A stretch of DNA of 28,746 nucleotides from a virus. Lineage: Duplodnaviria; Caudoviricetes. The stretch lies in IMG/VR virus record IMGVR_UViG_3300038314_001195, positions 1 through 28,746 of that record; one strand, 5' to 3'. Shown here piece by piece: positions 6,718 to 17,489 of the stretch; positions within the stretch are counted from its first letter, which is position 1, and every line of letters begins with the position of its first letter. The position numbers were made by a program, and so were the translations under genes. The notes beneath the pieces were generated by a model. The model was not told the origin of the DNA. It saw nothing but the letters and a program-made list of their open reading frames with translations, and made no database searches.

Positions 6718-7334
6718 AGACCTTTCGGGTACAGATACGGATCAGGAACAACCAACTGATCCAGCGCCGCGAGGAGCTTGGATTGACACAGCGAGCGCTC
6801 GGCGAGGCCAGCGGCGTCGATAGCAACACGATAAGCTCCCTCGAGTGCGTCAGATTGAGCCCGTTAAAGAAGCCGAGGCGATGGGAGAAGAGAAAGGATC
6901 CCGAATGGACGGCTGCAGCTCTTAGGCTTTCGGCCTTCTTCGGCGAGTCACCGGATACGCTGTTCCCGCGATCCGTGCTGAAGCTGAAGCGACCCGTGGC
7001 CGAGCGCGTGCTCGACGCCGAAGACCTGCACCAGTTGACAGCCGAGCAAAGCCCGATGCTGATCGACGAAGCCGCCGACCCGTCGCAACTCTTCGACGCG
7101 CACGAGCGAAGGCGATCACTCTGCCGCGCGCTTGCGACCCTTCCGCCGCGCGAAGAGTTGATCCTTCGTCAGCGCTTCGGCCTTGAAGAAGGCCAAGATC
7201 CCCAGACACGCGAGGATCTGGCGGAGGTCTGGGGTTTAACGCCTAACCGGATCCGCCAGCTTGAAGCGAAAGCGATCCGCAAGTTGCGACATCCGAAGAC
7301 CTCGGCCGACCTTCGGGATTTTTACGACGGATGA
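6714..7334 (+). CDS. XRE-family HTH fused to RpoD-like sigma-70 region 4
   Basis: N-terminus LIQRREELGLTQRALGEASGVDSNTISSLE; C-terminus LPPREELILRQRFGL...QTREDLAEVWGLTPNRIRQLEAKAIRKLRHP...LRDFYD; no sigma region 2. Confidence 0.85.
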   Translation: MKTFRVQIRIRNNQLIQRREELGLTQRALGEASGVDSNTISSLECVRLSPLKKPRRWEKRKDPEWTAAALRLSAFFGESPDTLFPRSVLKLKRPVAERVLDAEDLHQLTAEQSPMLIDEAADPSQLFDAHERRRSLCRALATLPPREELILRQRFGLEEGQDPQTREDLAEVWGLTPNRIRQLEAKAIRKLRHPKTSADLRDFYDG

Positions 7335-7340
7335 CCCCAG

Positions 7341-7367
7341 CGCAAAATTCGCAAAATACGCAGAATA
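7341..7367 (+). repeat. Three tandem 9-mers CGCARAATW, possible operator
   Basis: CGCAAAATT CGCAAAATA CGCAGAATA directly before the RBS of the wHTH gene. Confidence 0.6.
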
Positions 7368-7377
7368 GGAACGAACC

Positions 7378-7914
7378 ATGAGAAAACCACCGACACCAGA
7401 CGAGCGGATCTTCGCCGTCATAGCCGACGGCGCTCACCTCACCGGCGAGATAGCCCGAGCGCTCAACCGATCCCGGTCGAGCCTATACAAGCGCCTTCGC
7501 CGCATGGTCGACGCGCGAAAGCTGCGCTATGTAGACCAGTCGGTCCACTACCGAGGCGGGTATTACCTCACAGATCAGCCGGCGATCAGGCGCACCGAAG
7601 GCCCGATCGTCGTGCTCGACGCCATCGCGGCAGGGTGTCACACATGGACAGAGATCCGAGCTCGCACGGGAGGAACGGGTATCACTCACCACGTGAATGC
7701 GCTGATCAGGGAAGGCCTGATCCGCAAGATCGACCACCAGCTGTACGTGTGCAACGGTCGCCCGGTGACGGTGAAGCCGAAGAAGGCCACGAGCGCCGGC
7801 CCTCCGCCCGTATACGAGCGCCCAGGCGCCTACTATCACGACGCCTTCGAGGCGATGGTTGAAGAGGCCGGCAACGCTAGACGTGAGCGCCTGATCCGCC
7901 TCTTCGGCCACTAG
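7378..7914 (+). CDS. Tandem winged-HTH DNA-binding protein
   Basis: Two similar units: IFAVIADG..LTGEIARALNRSRSSLYKRLRRMV and VLDAIAAG..TWTEIRARTG....THHVNALIREGLIRK. Confidence 0.75.
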   Translation: MRKPPTPDERIFAVIADGAHLTGEIARALNRSRSSLYKRLRRMVDARKLRYVDQSVHYRGGYYLTDQPAIRRTEGPIVVLDAIAAGCHTWTEIRARTGGTGITHHVNALIREGLIRKIDHQLYVCNGRPVTVKPKKATSAGPPPVYERPGAYYHDAFEAMVEEAGNARRERLIRLFGH

Positions 7915-8687
7915 GCCAGATAGACGAGGTTCGCGTCGTGCCCTCGGCCGTCGGCGGTGCCGCCGATCCGTGAGCTAGTCCACTGGATAACGGGCGGCGC
8001 GCCTCGCCTGACCAAGTAGAAATTGGGCACCTTCACATTGTGGCCGTACTTGTTCAGGTTCGGCGGGTAGTGCGTGGGGCCGTCCCCGTAACGCGCGACC
8101 CAGATCGGTCGAAAGGTCTGATCGGCAGCTCGCGTGAATACCTGCTCAGTGTCGGGCCAGCGGTCGCCCGTGGCGTGCGTCGTCAACCAGCTGTCGTCGG
8201 TGTAGAGTCCGACCGGATAGCCGGCCTCTTCGACGTGCTCGCAGAAGGCGACGAGCCAGGCAAGGCCCGCCTCTTGCGTGAGGTTCGGCGCGTCGTTCTC
8301 GACGTCGAGCCAGACCGCGGCCGTTGATCCGTCTTGATAATGCAGCGTCATCGGCTCGACGCCGACCAGTTCGATCGCGTCGAGCAGGCTCTGAGCTTCG
8401 GCCCGTGCGTCGTCCTCGGTGCCGACGCTATCAGGCCGCCCGAAGTGGTAGAACTGCAAGCCGAGCCCTCGGTTGACTACCCGCGCGATCTGCTTCTCGG
8501 CCCACTCTTGGCGCGTCTTGTTGTCGAAGTAGCCGGGGCCGCCTTCGGTCATCTTGAGGATCGCCCCGTCATAGCCGTCGAGGACGAGGTCGCCCGATCG
8601 CCAGTAGGCGTCGATCCACTGTTCGACCCGGTGAGCGCCGGAGAGCGCGCGAGCGGGGTAGGGTGTCGAGCAGTTCGGCGGAGTCAT
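7911..8687 (-). CDS. Endolysin, GH25 muramidase family
   Basis: WIDAY, ILKMTEG, YHFGRP, WLDVE (DxE), GLYT, IWVARY, IQWTS and DAN motifs. Confidence 0.88.
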   Translation of the reverse strand: MTPPNCSTPYPARALSGAHRVEQWIDAYWRSGDLVLDGYDGAILKMTEGGPGYFDNKTRQEWAEKQIARVVNRGLGLQFYHFGRPDSVGTEDDARAEAQSLLDAIELVGVEPMTLHYQDGSTAAVWLDVENDAPNLTQEAGLAWLVAFCEHVEEAGYPVGLYTDDSWLTTHATGDRWPDTEQVFTRAADQTFRPIWVARYGDGPTHYPPNLNKYGHNVKVPNFYLVRRGAPPVIQWTSSRIGGTADGRGHDANLVYLA

Positions 8688-9303
8688 AGGAAGCCCATCA
8701 GGAGCAGGGCCACGACAGACAGACCGCCGAGCACTACTGACGCCCTCGGGCCGAACGTCGGGATCGTATACCGTGGCCGCAGAGGATCGCCGACACCGTA
8801 GTAACTACCGCTCCGGCCGTCTCGGCAGCGAGGGCGGCGTCGCCCGTCTGGATGCCCAGCACTACGGCCGGCACCGTCGCCACGATCGCCACTACTCCTA
8901 TCAGCTGCCGCCATTGTGCCCCCCTGCCAGATGGATCGTCCTCTATAGAATACACGATCCGGGTTATCCGCTGCGCCATTAGTAACACGTCTCGTCTCGA
9001 TTGTGGCGAGGGTAACGCCACGTCTACCAGTTCAGCCAGGCGCTCGGGCTCCCTACACACGCCGAGCTGTGGCTTGATAGTTAGCCGGGCGACCTCGTCG
9101 CAGACGAAGCGAACGAGCGCCGGTTGTATTTCATCCGTCAGGACGAGGATCGCGTCGAATTGGTCGAGGTCTTGCGAGCCTAGATCGTGGCTCGGCACGT
9201 GGATCCAGTCCAGCCGTGACGGAGCCTCGCGCAGGCCGGCGATGGTGACGCCCTTCGGGGTGACGACGCCGATCCGCCGGGTCTGAAACTTCACCGCGAT
9301 CAC
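8684..9303 (-). CDS. Receiver-like domain fused to 2-3 TM helices (candidate holin); apparent -1 frame change near 8780
   Basis: GTG start at 9303 coupled to the upstream stop. Frame 0 stops at 8734; the -1 frame continues with a hydrophobic helix to 8684, overlapping the lysin ATG. Confidence 0.6.
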
Positions 9304-9599
9304 TCGTCTAGCATCGGCAGGAGTGCCGCCCCCATGTCGCGCAGCGCGGCGCACGCGGCGACGTGCTCGAGTCGTTGCTCGGCGCATAGCTCCGCTTTAT
9401 GGATCGCCATTTCAGACAGCGCCCGGCGCTCCTCGTCGACCCGGTCGAGCCGCTCGGAGCAGGCCGCCTCGATGCGCTCGACCTCGCCGCGAAAGTGCAG
9501 GTAGACCGGCGCGGTGAGCGCCGAGGAGACGGCACCGACGAAGGCTATCGCGAGCCAGAGTTGACGCCCGGTGAGCCCGACGCCAGCGAAGGCGTTCAT
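9300..9599 (-). CDS. N-terminal TM plus coiled-coil protein (i-spanin-like)
   Basis: LWLAIAFVGAVSSALTAPVYL followed by a helical charged region with 3 Cys; ATGA coupling; lysis-block context. Confidence 0.55.
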   Translation of the reverse strand: MNAFAGVGLTGRQLWLAIAFVGAVSSALTAPVYLHFRGEVERIEAACSERLDRVDEERRALSEMAIHKAELCAEQRLEHVAACAALRDMGAALLPMLDE

Positions 9600-9820
9600 T
9601 CGGGCGCGTGCTGCCAATCGAGGCAGGCGCCGACCGGTATTCCGAGCGCTTCAGCCTTGCCGCACAGCGACGCCGAGGCCTCGACCGTGAGGCCGTCCGG
9701 GCCGTGCTCTAGCTTGACGCCCGCGCACGCGTTCGCCGAGATGCTCGCGTTGATGTCCTTGAGACTGAAGCCTGCGCCGCCGCACGACGTCAGGAAGACG
9801 ACGAGCGCGATCAGCCTCAC
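9596..9820 (-). CDS. Small lipoprotein (o-spanin-like)
   Basis: GTG start at 9820: MRLIALVVFLTS-C lipobox-like signal, 74 aa, three further Cys. Confidence 0.6.
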   Translation of the reverse strand: MRLIALVVFLTSCGGAGFSLKDINASISANACAGVKLEHGPDGLTVEASASLCGKAEALGIPVGACLDWQHAPE

Positions 9821-10173
9821 GGTTCGACCTCTTCGGGTGTCTCTTCGGGTGTCTCTTCGGGTGTCTCTTCGGTCGGCTCGACGTCGTGATCGGTGACCGG
9901 TGCGCCGAGCATAGCCTCGCCGTTCGGCCCCATGAAGTCGGGATCGCCCTCGGCCAGGCACCGCGCGACGCAGTCGGCGTTCGCGCTGACGTCTTCCCCT
10001 TGCGCCTCGTCCCATACTCCGACCGACACGAGGACAGCCGTAACGGCCGCGACGACGGCGGCGGCGATGCTCGCCAGCCGACTGATCTTGCTCTTGATAG
10101 ATGCGCCCTCGCCGGCCTCTTCGGCCTCTTCGGTGACGTCTTCGGCCTCGGTTGCGTCGTGCTCTTCGCTCAT
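9817..10173 (-). CDS. Single-TM protein with acidic termini (holin/antiholin candidate)
   Basis: LASIAAAVVAAVTAVLVSVGVW helix, Glu-rich N-terminus, (EETP)3 C-terminus; AGGAG RBS. Confidence 0.65.
   Translation of the reverse strand: MSEEHDATEAEDVTEEAEEAGEGASIKSKISRLASIAAAVVAAVTAVLVSVGVWDEAQGEDVSANADCVARCLAEGDPDFMGPNGEAMLGAPVTDHDVEPTEETPEETPEETPEEVEP
9829..9872. repeat. 12-bp coding tandem repeat CTCTTCGGGTGT x3.7
   Basis: Encodes the EETP repeats. Confidence 0.85.
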
Positions 10174-10182
10174 CGGTTGCTC

Positions 10183-10719
10183 CTATGGAAAGTCTCCGGC
10201 GACCATGTAGACCTCGCGGATCGTGTATCCGTAGATTTTGGCCTCGGTCGTGTGCTTCTTAATCTTGACCCGTGCTTGAAGCACGGCGCCCGGCGTCGCG
10301 AGCGTGTACTCCTCAGACAGCAGATCGCGACCGGTGCCGCCCGTGTTAGCGCTGCCGGTCGAGCTACCCTGATCGGTCTGTAGTTGAATGTAAGCGTCGG
10401 CCACGTCGGCGATCAACTCGACCTTGGCCACGTTCGCCCCGAGCTGGAAAATCAGATAAGGCGTGACCTCGACGAAGCTCGCCGACGTCGTCGCGGCGAA
10501 GTAGGCGGCGTTCAGGCCGAGCGATCCGGCCTGCGTCCACTTCGAGAAGCCGCCGATCGTGCGCGTCTTGTACGCCAGCGCGAAGTTCGTCTCCTGCGTG
10601 ATCTCGCGGAGCGTGCCGAACGTCAGATCGGCGGTCGCCTCGCCCGACTTGATCGCCTTGCCGCGGCGGAACTCTTGAGGGCTCAGGCCCAGCGATGATG
10701 TCGGTAGCCCGATCGCCAT
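10183..10719 (-). CDS. Putative minor tail protein
   Basis: Beta-rich, Ala/Thr/Gly-rich; last gene of the coupled tail block. Confidence 0.55.
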   Translation of the reverse strand: MAIGLPTSSLGLSPQEFRRGKAIKSGEATADLTFGTLREITQETNFALAYKTRTIGGFSKWTQAGSLGLNAAYFAATTSASFVEVTPYLIFQLGANVAKVELIADVADAYIQLQTDQGSSTGSANTGGTGRDLLSEEYTLATPGAVLQARVKIKKHTTEAKIYGYTIREVYMVAGDFP

Positions 10720-12329
10720 TAGAACACACTCGAGCGGATGCCCGCGCCGATGACAACGCAGACTTGATTGGCGTCGTCGTCGGAGAGTTGTCCCTCTATG
10801 ACCAGCCGGATCCCGTCAGTGTAGCTGATGCTGTCGTTCGCCAGGCGGCGCAGTCCGATGTTGATCACGTTACTCCAATCGTGAGTCGATGACATGTTGA
10901 GCGGATCGCGATAGCCGAGCAGGCCTCGTTGCTGCCAACTGGATCCGGCGCCGCCGTGCCACGTCGACCCGGCGATAGCGTGGAACATGGGCGAGTAGCT
11001 CTCGAGGTTGCGCGGGGCGTAGCTCAGCGAGCGAACGCGGGGGCCGATGAAGTCGACAGCGCTCAGCGTGACTTCTTCGCTTGACGCCTGGAGCGTCGTC
11101 GTCCCTGCCGTGTACGCCGAGAGCCGCAACTTGACGTCCGACTCGGTCGCCAGGCGCTCGAATCGTGGGAGGACCAGCGAGATGATCCCGAAGTATCCGT
11201 TGTCGTCGACGGGCTCTTCGAGGACGACGGCAGCCGCCAGCGGGAGCCAGCTCGAGGAGTCCAGCTCGGGCGCTCCCTCGTACTCCGTCGGCTCGCTCGA
11301 TGCACGGATCGGCCAGATCCTCGAGTGCTCGCCCTCGTCGACGGAGTCCGGCCCAGGATGGCACAGCCATTGCGGGGTTCGGTAGTCCACCAGGACGTTG
11401 ATCGACTGCGACAGCGTGAGCCATTGCTCGGCCGCGGGCGTGTCGGAGTGATAGGCCGGCGCGTGAGGCGCGAATGACGGCGCGACAGCCTCGATCGATA
11501 TCGACTGAAGCACGACGACGCCGCACGTATAAACGCCATACTCCGAGACGCTCGTCACAATGTCGTTGTTGATCGCCGCGACGTAGGACTCGGGGCCGGC
11601 GATCGGGAACAGCTCCGCCCAGCCCCGATCGTCACTAGCTACGATCTCCTCGACCGAATAGAATCCAATTTGGTAGACGTCTTCGGGCAGCATGAATCCC
11701 TGCGTCGGGACTCCCACTGGGGCGACCGCGATCACGCGCTCAGGTGGTTGATTGCTCGGGACGGATGAGAGCACTTCGACGCCGAGCGCGTTAGTCTGAG
11801 CGAGGAACGACTCGACGGATCCCGTGCTCTCGGCGGCGTCTGAATAGTTCGACCAGATCCAAAGGAACACGGGCATCCAGCCGTATTGATCGCCGTCGCT
11901 GAAGACCGCGACATCAGAGAAGGTGAGAAGCCCGCTGTCGCCCTTGTCGATCGCGTGCTCCCAGTCGTCCTTGATCCCGGGCGGGCGCTGGATGTACGGA
12001 TCGAAGGCTCGGCCGGTCGTGACGTGCAGGTATGCGGCCTCGGTGCCGGCTACCTGGCCATCGTAGTCGCAGCCCTCGATCCTGATCCGCACGTTGATCG
12101 CGCTGTAGGATTCGCCGGGGGGCAGGTAGATCCAGAATGGGCCTAAGCACATAGGCGCGAACGTGCACAGCCTCACCGGCTCGTCCTTCGGGAATGCGAT
12201 CCCGGTCTGCGGGGGCCGTGCTGCGGAGACATAGGCCGCGTTGTCCCGGAGCTTGACGCAATGCGCCGAGGAGAGCGGCGAGTCGCTGTCTGTCGTAAAG
12301 GCCCCGTCGTCGATCGTCGTCCAGCCCAT
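10719..12329 (-). CDS. Putative tail tip / receptor-binding protein
   Basis: 536 aa, acidic and beta-rich; N-terminal WTTIDD...DSPLS....KLRDN resembles tail-fibre attachment segments; follows the hub gene. Confidence 0.55.
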   Translation of the reverse strand: MGWTTIDDGAFTTDSDSPLSSAHCVKLRDNAAYVSAARPPQTGIAFPKDEPVRLCTFAPMCLGPFWIYLPPGESYSAINVRIRIEGCDYDGQVAGTEAAYLHVTTGRAFDPYIQRPPGIKDDWEHAIDKGDSGLLTFSDVAVFSDGDQYGWMPVFLWIWSNYSDAAESTGSVESFLAQTNALGVEVLSSVPSNQPPERVIAVAPVGVPTQGFMLPEDVYQIGFYSVEEIVASDDRGWAELFPIAGPESYVAAINNDIVTSVSEYGVYTCGVVVLQSISIEAVAPSFAPHAPAYHSDTPAAEQWLTLSQSINVLVDYRTPQWLCHPGPDSVDEGEHSRIWPIRASSEPTEYEGAPELDSSSWLPLAAAVVLEEPVDDNGYFGIISLVLPRFERLATESDVKLRLSAYTAGTTTLQASSEEVTLSAVDFIGPRVRSLSYAPRNLESYSPMFHAIAGSTWHGGAGSSWQQRGLLGYRDPLNMSSTHDWSNVINIGLRRLANDSISYTDGIRLVIEGQLSDDDANQVCVVIGAGIRSSVF

Positions 12330-14584
12330 CAGGCGTCCCCATACGTGTAGGCGCTCAACTGATTGATCCCGACGGTCGACACCGTGCCGCGTCGCCCGCC
12401 GTCGGCCAGGTAGGCGTGATTGGCCTGCTGATCCGCCGTCGAGTCGTCGAAGGCCGCGAAGGTGATCACGTCCGTAGCGACCGGCTCAGATGGTGAGAGG
12501 CCGAAGTCACCGTCGAAGGTGAGCTTTTCAGCGGCGATCGCTGTCACCTCTTGCACCGCTGATCCCTTCAGCGTCAGATCGGCGTTCAAGATCACACACT
12601 TGTCGCCGACCTTGAAGGCTCCGGCGTCGTCTGTGCGGGTGTAGTCCGACGGGTTAACGGCCGCCAGGTCGCTGGCCCCGGTCCACCCGGTGACCGTCGC
12701 CGAAGGTGCGATCGTGCCCACCTTCGCGGTCGCGGTGAATGCGATCGTGAGCTGCGTCGATCTCCTCGCGAAGTCCGGCGACAGGCTCGTCACCATCCCC
12801 TTGATCGCCGAGTCTCCCGCCGCCAGTCGATCGCCGGTCGTCGGGTCGCGCAATGCACGATCGTGGATCGTGACGGCGGCGCCGATGTCGAGCGAGCCGA
12901 ACAACTCCGGGCCTGTCTCGACCTCGACGTAGGCCACCCTCGACGCGAGCCGACGAACCCTCGACGCGATCAGGATGTAAGCCGCCGTCGTGTCGACGGC
13001 GAAGTCGACGTTGGTGTAGGGTGCATCGTCCCACGTCTCCGATCCGCCGATGAGGCAGCCGTACTGGTTCGGATACCAGCGCGATCCGGTCAGCTCGGTG
13101 ACGATCACCGGCTCACCTGTCTTACCGTCGGGCGTCGGATCCGGCTTGATCACTACCGAGTCGATCGCGCGGCCCTTGGCGTACTGCTTCCATTGGTCAG
13201 GCCGGATCAGGTGACGCGAGGTAATAGCCGTCACGGTGTCTGAACTGAATACATCGGCGAGGCGCAGGAACTTGATCTGCCCGTCGATGGCACGCCCGCA
13301 GGCGATCCCCCAGATCCCGAGCAGACGACGGAGCACGCTCGATAGCGTCTCGCTCTCCTCACCGCCGAGCCAGAACTTATTGGCTCGAATGCCCGGAGTC
13401 ATCGCGATCAGCTGGCGCACCGAGCCGAGGTCGATATCAGAGACGCTGATCCCGAGCGTGCAGTCGCTCGGCCAGGCTGAACCCAAGTCCCAGCCGCCAT
13501 TGACGCGCGCGCTACCGTCGCGCGACGTGAGCAGATTCATAGCGATGTCCAGGCAATGGTCGCTCGTGTTGCCGTCTTCGTCCTTGAACGGCGGGTATCC
13601 GTCGATCACGTTCGCGTTCGAGTATGCGATCTGATAGGCGTTCGGGGCGTCGGTCGTGAACAGTGACGCGGGATCGTAGTCCTCGTCAGAGAAGATCGGC
13701 ACCGGATCAAGCTGCCATTCATAGATCCCGGTTGAGCCGAACTCCGTAGCGATCCCCTTGTAGACCGCGCTCAGGTCTGGGAACCACCAATAGCCGCCCG
13801 TCGCGATGAATCGCGGCGCCGCCGGATCCGCGTCGTCGATCAATGGCGCCACGATTCGAGCGACGTCTGAGTCCTCGCCCGCGCGCGTAATTGTCACGGG
13901 CACGGGCACCGGCTCGGCGTTTAGCTCGGCGTCATGGAACTCCGAGACGACTTGGAATGTCGGCCAGTGCAGCCCGCTCGCGACCTCGCCCGAGATGAAG
14001 CCCTGCAGGATCAGCGATTCGCTCGCCGCGCTCGTCGCTGTCGTGGCGACTTCGTAGACGCTGACGCGGCGACCGGTCATCGCGGGCGGCGTGGCGAAGA
14101 GGTCAGCTCCTGCCGGATGCTCACGCGCTGTCGATCCCGCATAGCCTCGCGTTACGGTGATCGTCTCCGATCCGCTCACGTCCGATCGTGCTGTTACGTG
14201 CCACGACTCACGCTCGCAGTAGATGACCGAGCCGACCGCGAAGCCGTGCGCGCTCGATCCCTGCATCACCGGGATCACCGTAGTATCACCGCTCGCCGCC
14301 GTCGCGACGGCGGCCGAGGTCACGGTCTTAGCGACGGGCGCGATCAGCTGGAAGTTCACCGGCCCGACGTCCGGCCGAAGGATCACCGTGAAGCGGCCCG
14401 AACTAACGCTCGTCTTCATGATGTCGAAGGCTGACGACGTCCCGCGCGGCGGCTCGGCCAGGCCGGCGTTCGTCTCGGTGCCGGCGTAACTCGGCGCGGC
14501 CGGGAACGCATACTTGACGAGGCCGGCACCGCCGACCGTCGCCTCGCCGATCCCCTCGATCGTCATGAGGTAGATCACGGCCAT
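12329..14584 (-). CDS. Putative tail hub / central tip protein
   Basis: 751 aa, second gene after the tape measure; ITVTRGYAGSTAREHPAG and LDIGAAVTI segments typical of tail-tip proteins. Confidence 0.65.
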   Translation of the reverse strand: MAVIYLMTIEGIGEATVGGAGLVKYAFPAAPSYAGTETNAGLAEPPRGTSSAFDIMKTSVSSGRFTVILRPDVGPVNFQLIAPVAKTVTSAAVATAASGDTTVIPVMQGSSAHGFAVGSVIYCERESWHVTARSDVSGSETITVTRGYAGSTAREHPAGADLFATPPAMTGRRVSVYEVATTATSAASESLILQGFISGEVASGLHWPTFQVVSEFHDAELNAEPVPVPVTITRAGEDSDVARIVAPLIDDADPAAPRFIATGGYWWFPDLSAVYKGIATEFGSTGIYEWQLDPVPIFSDEDYDPASLFTTDAPNAYQIAYSNANVIDGYPPFKDEDGNTSDHCLDIAMNLLTSRDGSARVNGGWDLGSAWPSDCTLGISVSDIDLGSVRQLIAMTPGIRANKFWLGGEESETLSSVLRRLLGIWGIACGRAIDGQIKFLRLADVFSSDTVTAITSRHLIRPDQWKQYAKGRAIDSVVIKPDPTPDGKTGEPVIVTELTGSRWYPNQYGCLIGGSETWDDAPYTNVDFAVDTTAAYILIASRVRRLASRVAYVEVETGPELFGSLDIGAAVTIHDRALRDPTTGDRLAAGDSAIKGMVTSLSPDFARRSTQLTIAFTATAKVGTIAPSATVTGWTGASDLAAVNPSDYTRTDDAGAFKVGDKCVILNADLTLKGSAVQEVTAIAAEKLTFDGDFGLSPSEPVATDVITFAAFDDSTADQQANHAYLADGGRRGTVSTVGINQLSAYTYGDA

Positions 14585-15425
14585 CAGCCAGGCACCGCCA
14601 ATCCGGGAAGCTCGATGTTGAAGAGGTCAGCGCCTCCGGGCATCGGGCGGTTAGCGTTCGCTAGCGTGTCGTGTTGCGTGCCGCTGCCGAGCACCAGGTT
14701 ATACGGGCCGTCGTAGTCGTCGGCTGTGTAACTGTCCTGCTCGATGTAGAATCGCCACGGGCGGCCGCCCTCGATGATATCGCCGATGAGGATGTCGAAC
14801 GCGGCGTTCGGGTCTTCTGGCTCGAGGTTAACGCGATCCGCTCTGGTCGATGACGTGCCGCACGCGGCCGAGGTCAGCGCGGCGGCGACGTATTCAAAGC
14901 GCCAGCGGGCGGAGTCCAGGCTGACCCAGAACACCGAGTCAATATAGCCGCCCGTGGTCGTCTCTTGCGACGCCGTCACCGTCGCCCGTGGGACGTCAGC
15001 GTCGTAGACCTGGACCTGAGGATAGTAGCCGAAGCGGTGATTGTAATCCGAGTATAGCAAGCTCGATGCGCTCGTTGGGTTCGACGAGTCCTCAGACCAG
15101 CCGATAACCCGAGGGTCGAGCGTGGTCGCGGCGTCGTCGAGCTTGAGCGTGAAGTCACCCGTATTGATCGACAGCTTGATCCGGCCGTCCGAGATCGTCG
15201 GGTTGCTCACGTCGACCCCGACAATGTTGACTGTCCAGGTGACCGCGGTCGCGTCGTCGAGCGCGTCCTTGAGCGCTACCGCAAAGTCGTCGTCTTCGTC
15301 GTCGAGGCTCCAATAATACGAACCCTCGTCAAGCGTCGCGGTGACGTCGCCCGCTCCGGCGTCGAGCACGATCGCTTTATTCGTGCTGTCGATCGTGAAC
15401 TCAGAGATCACCCGTGCGCTGGCCA

Positions 15426-15426
<1 letters not shown>
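14584..15426 (-). CDS. Putative distal tail protein
   Basis: 280 aa, directly downstream of the tape measure; assignment by synteny. Confidence 0.55.

Positions 15427-17478
<2,052 letters not shown>

Positions 17479-17489
<11 letters not shown>

Noticed and set aside
6714-7334. Complete phage sigma factor
   Set aside because: No region 2 (core binding and -10 melting) is present
8919-8924. G6 run (minus strand) as the frameshift site of the REC-TM gene
   Set aside because: Shifting there would replace two good TM helices with low-complexity sequence; the codon pattern places the switch near 8780
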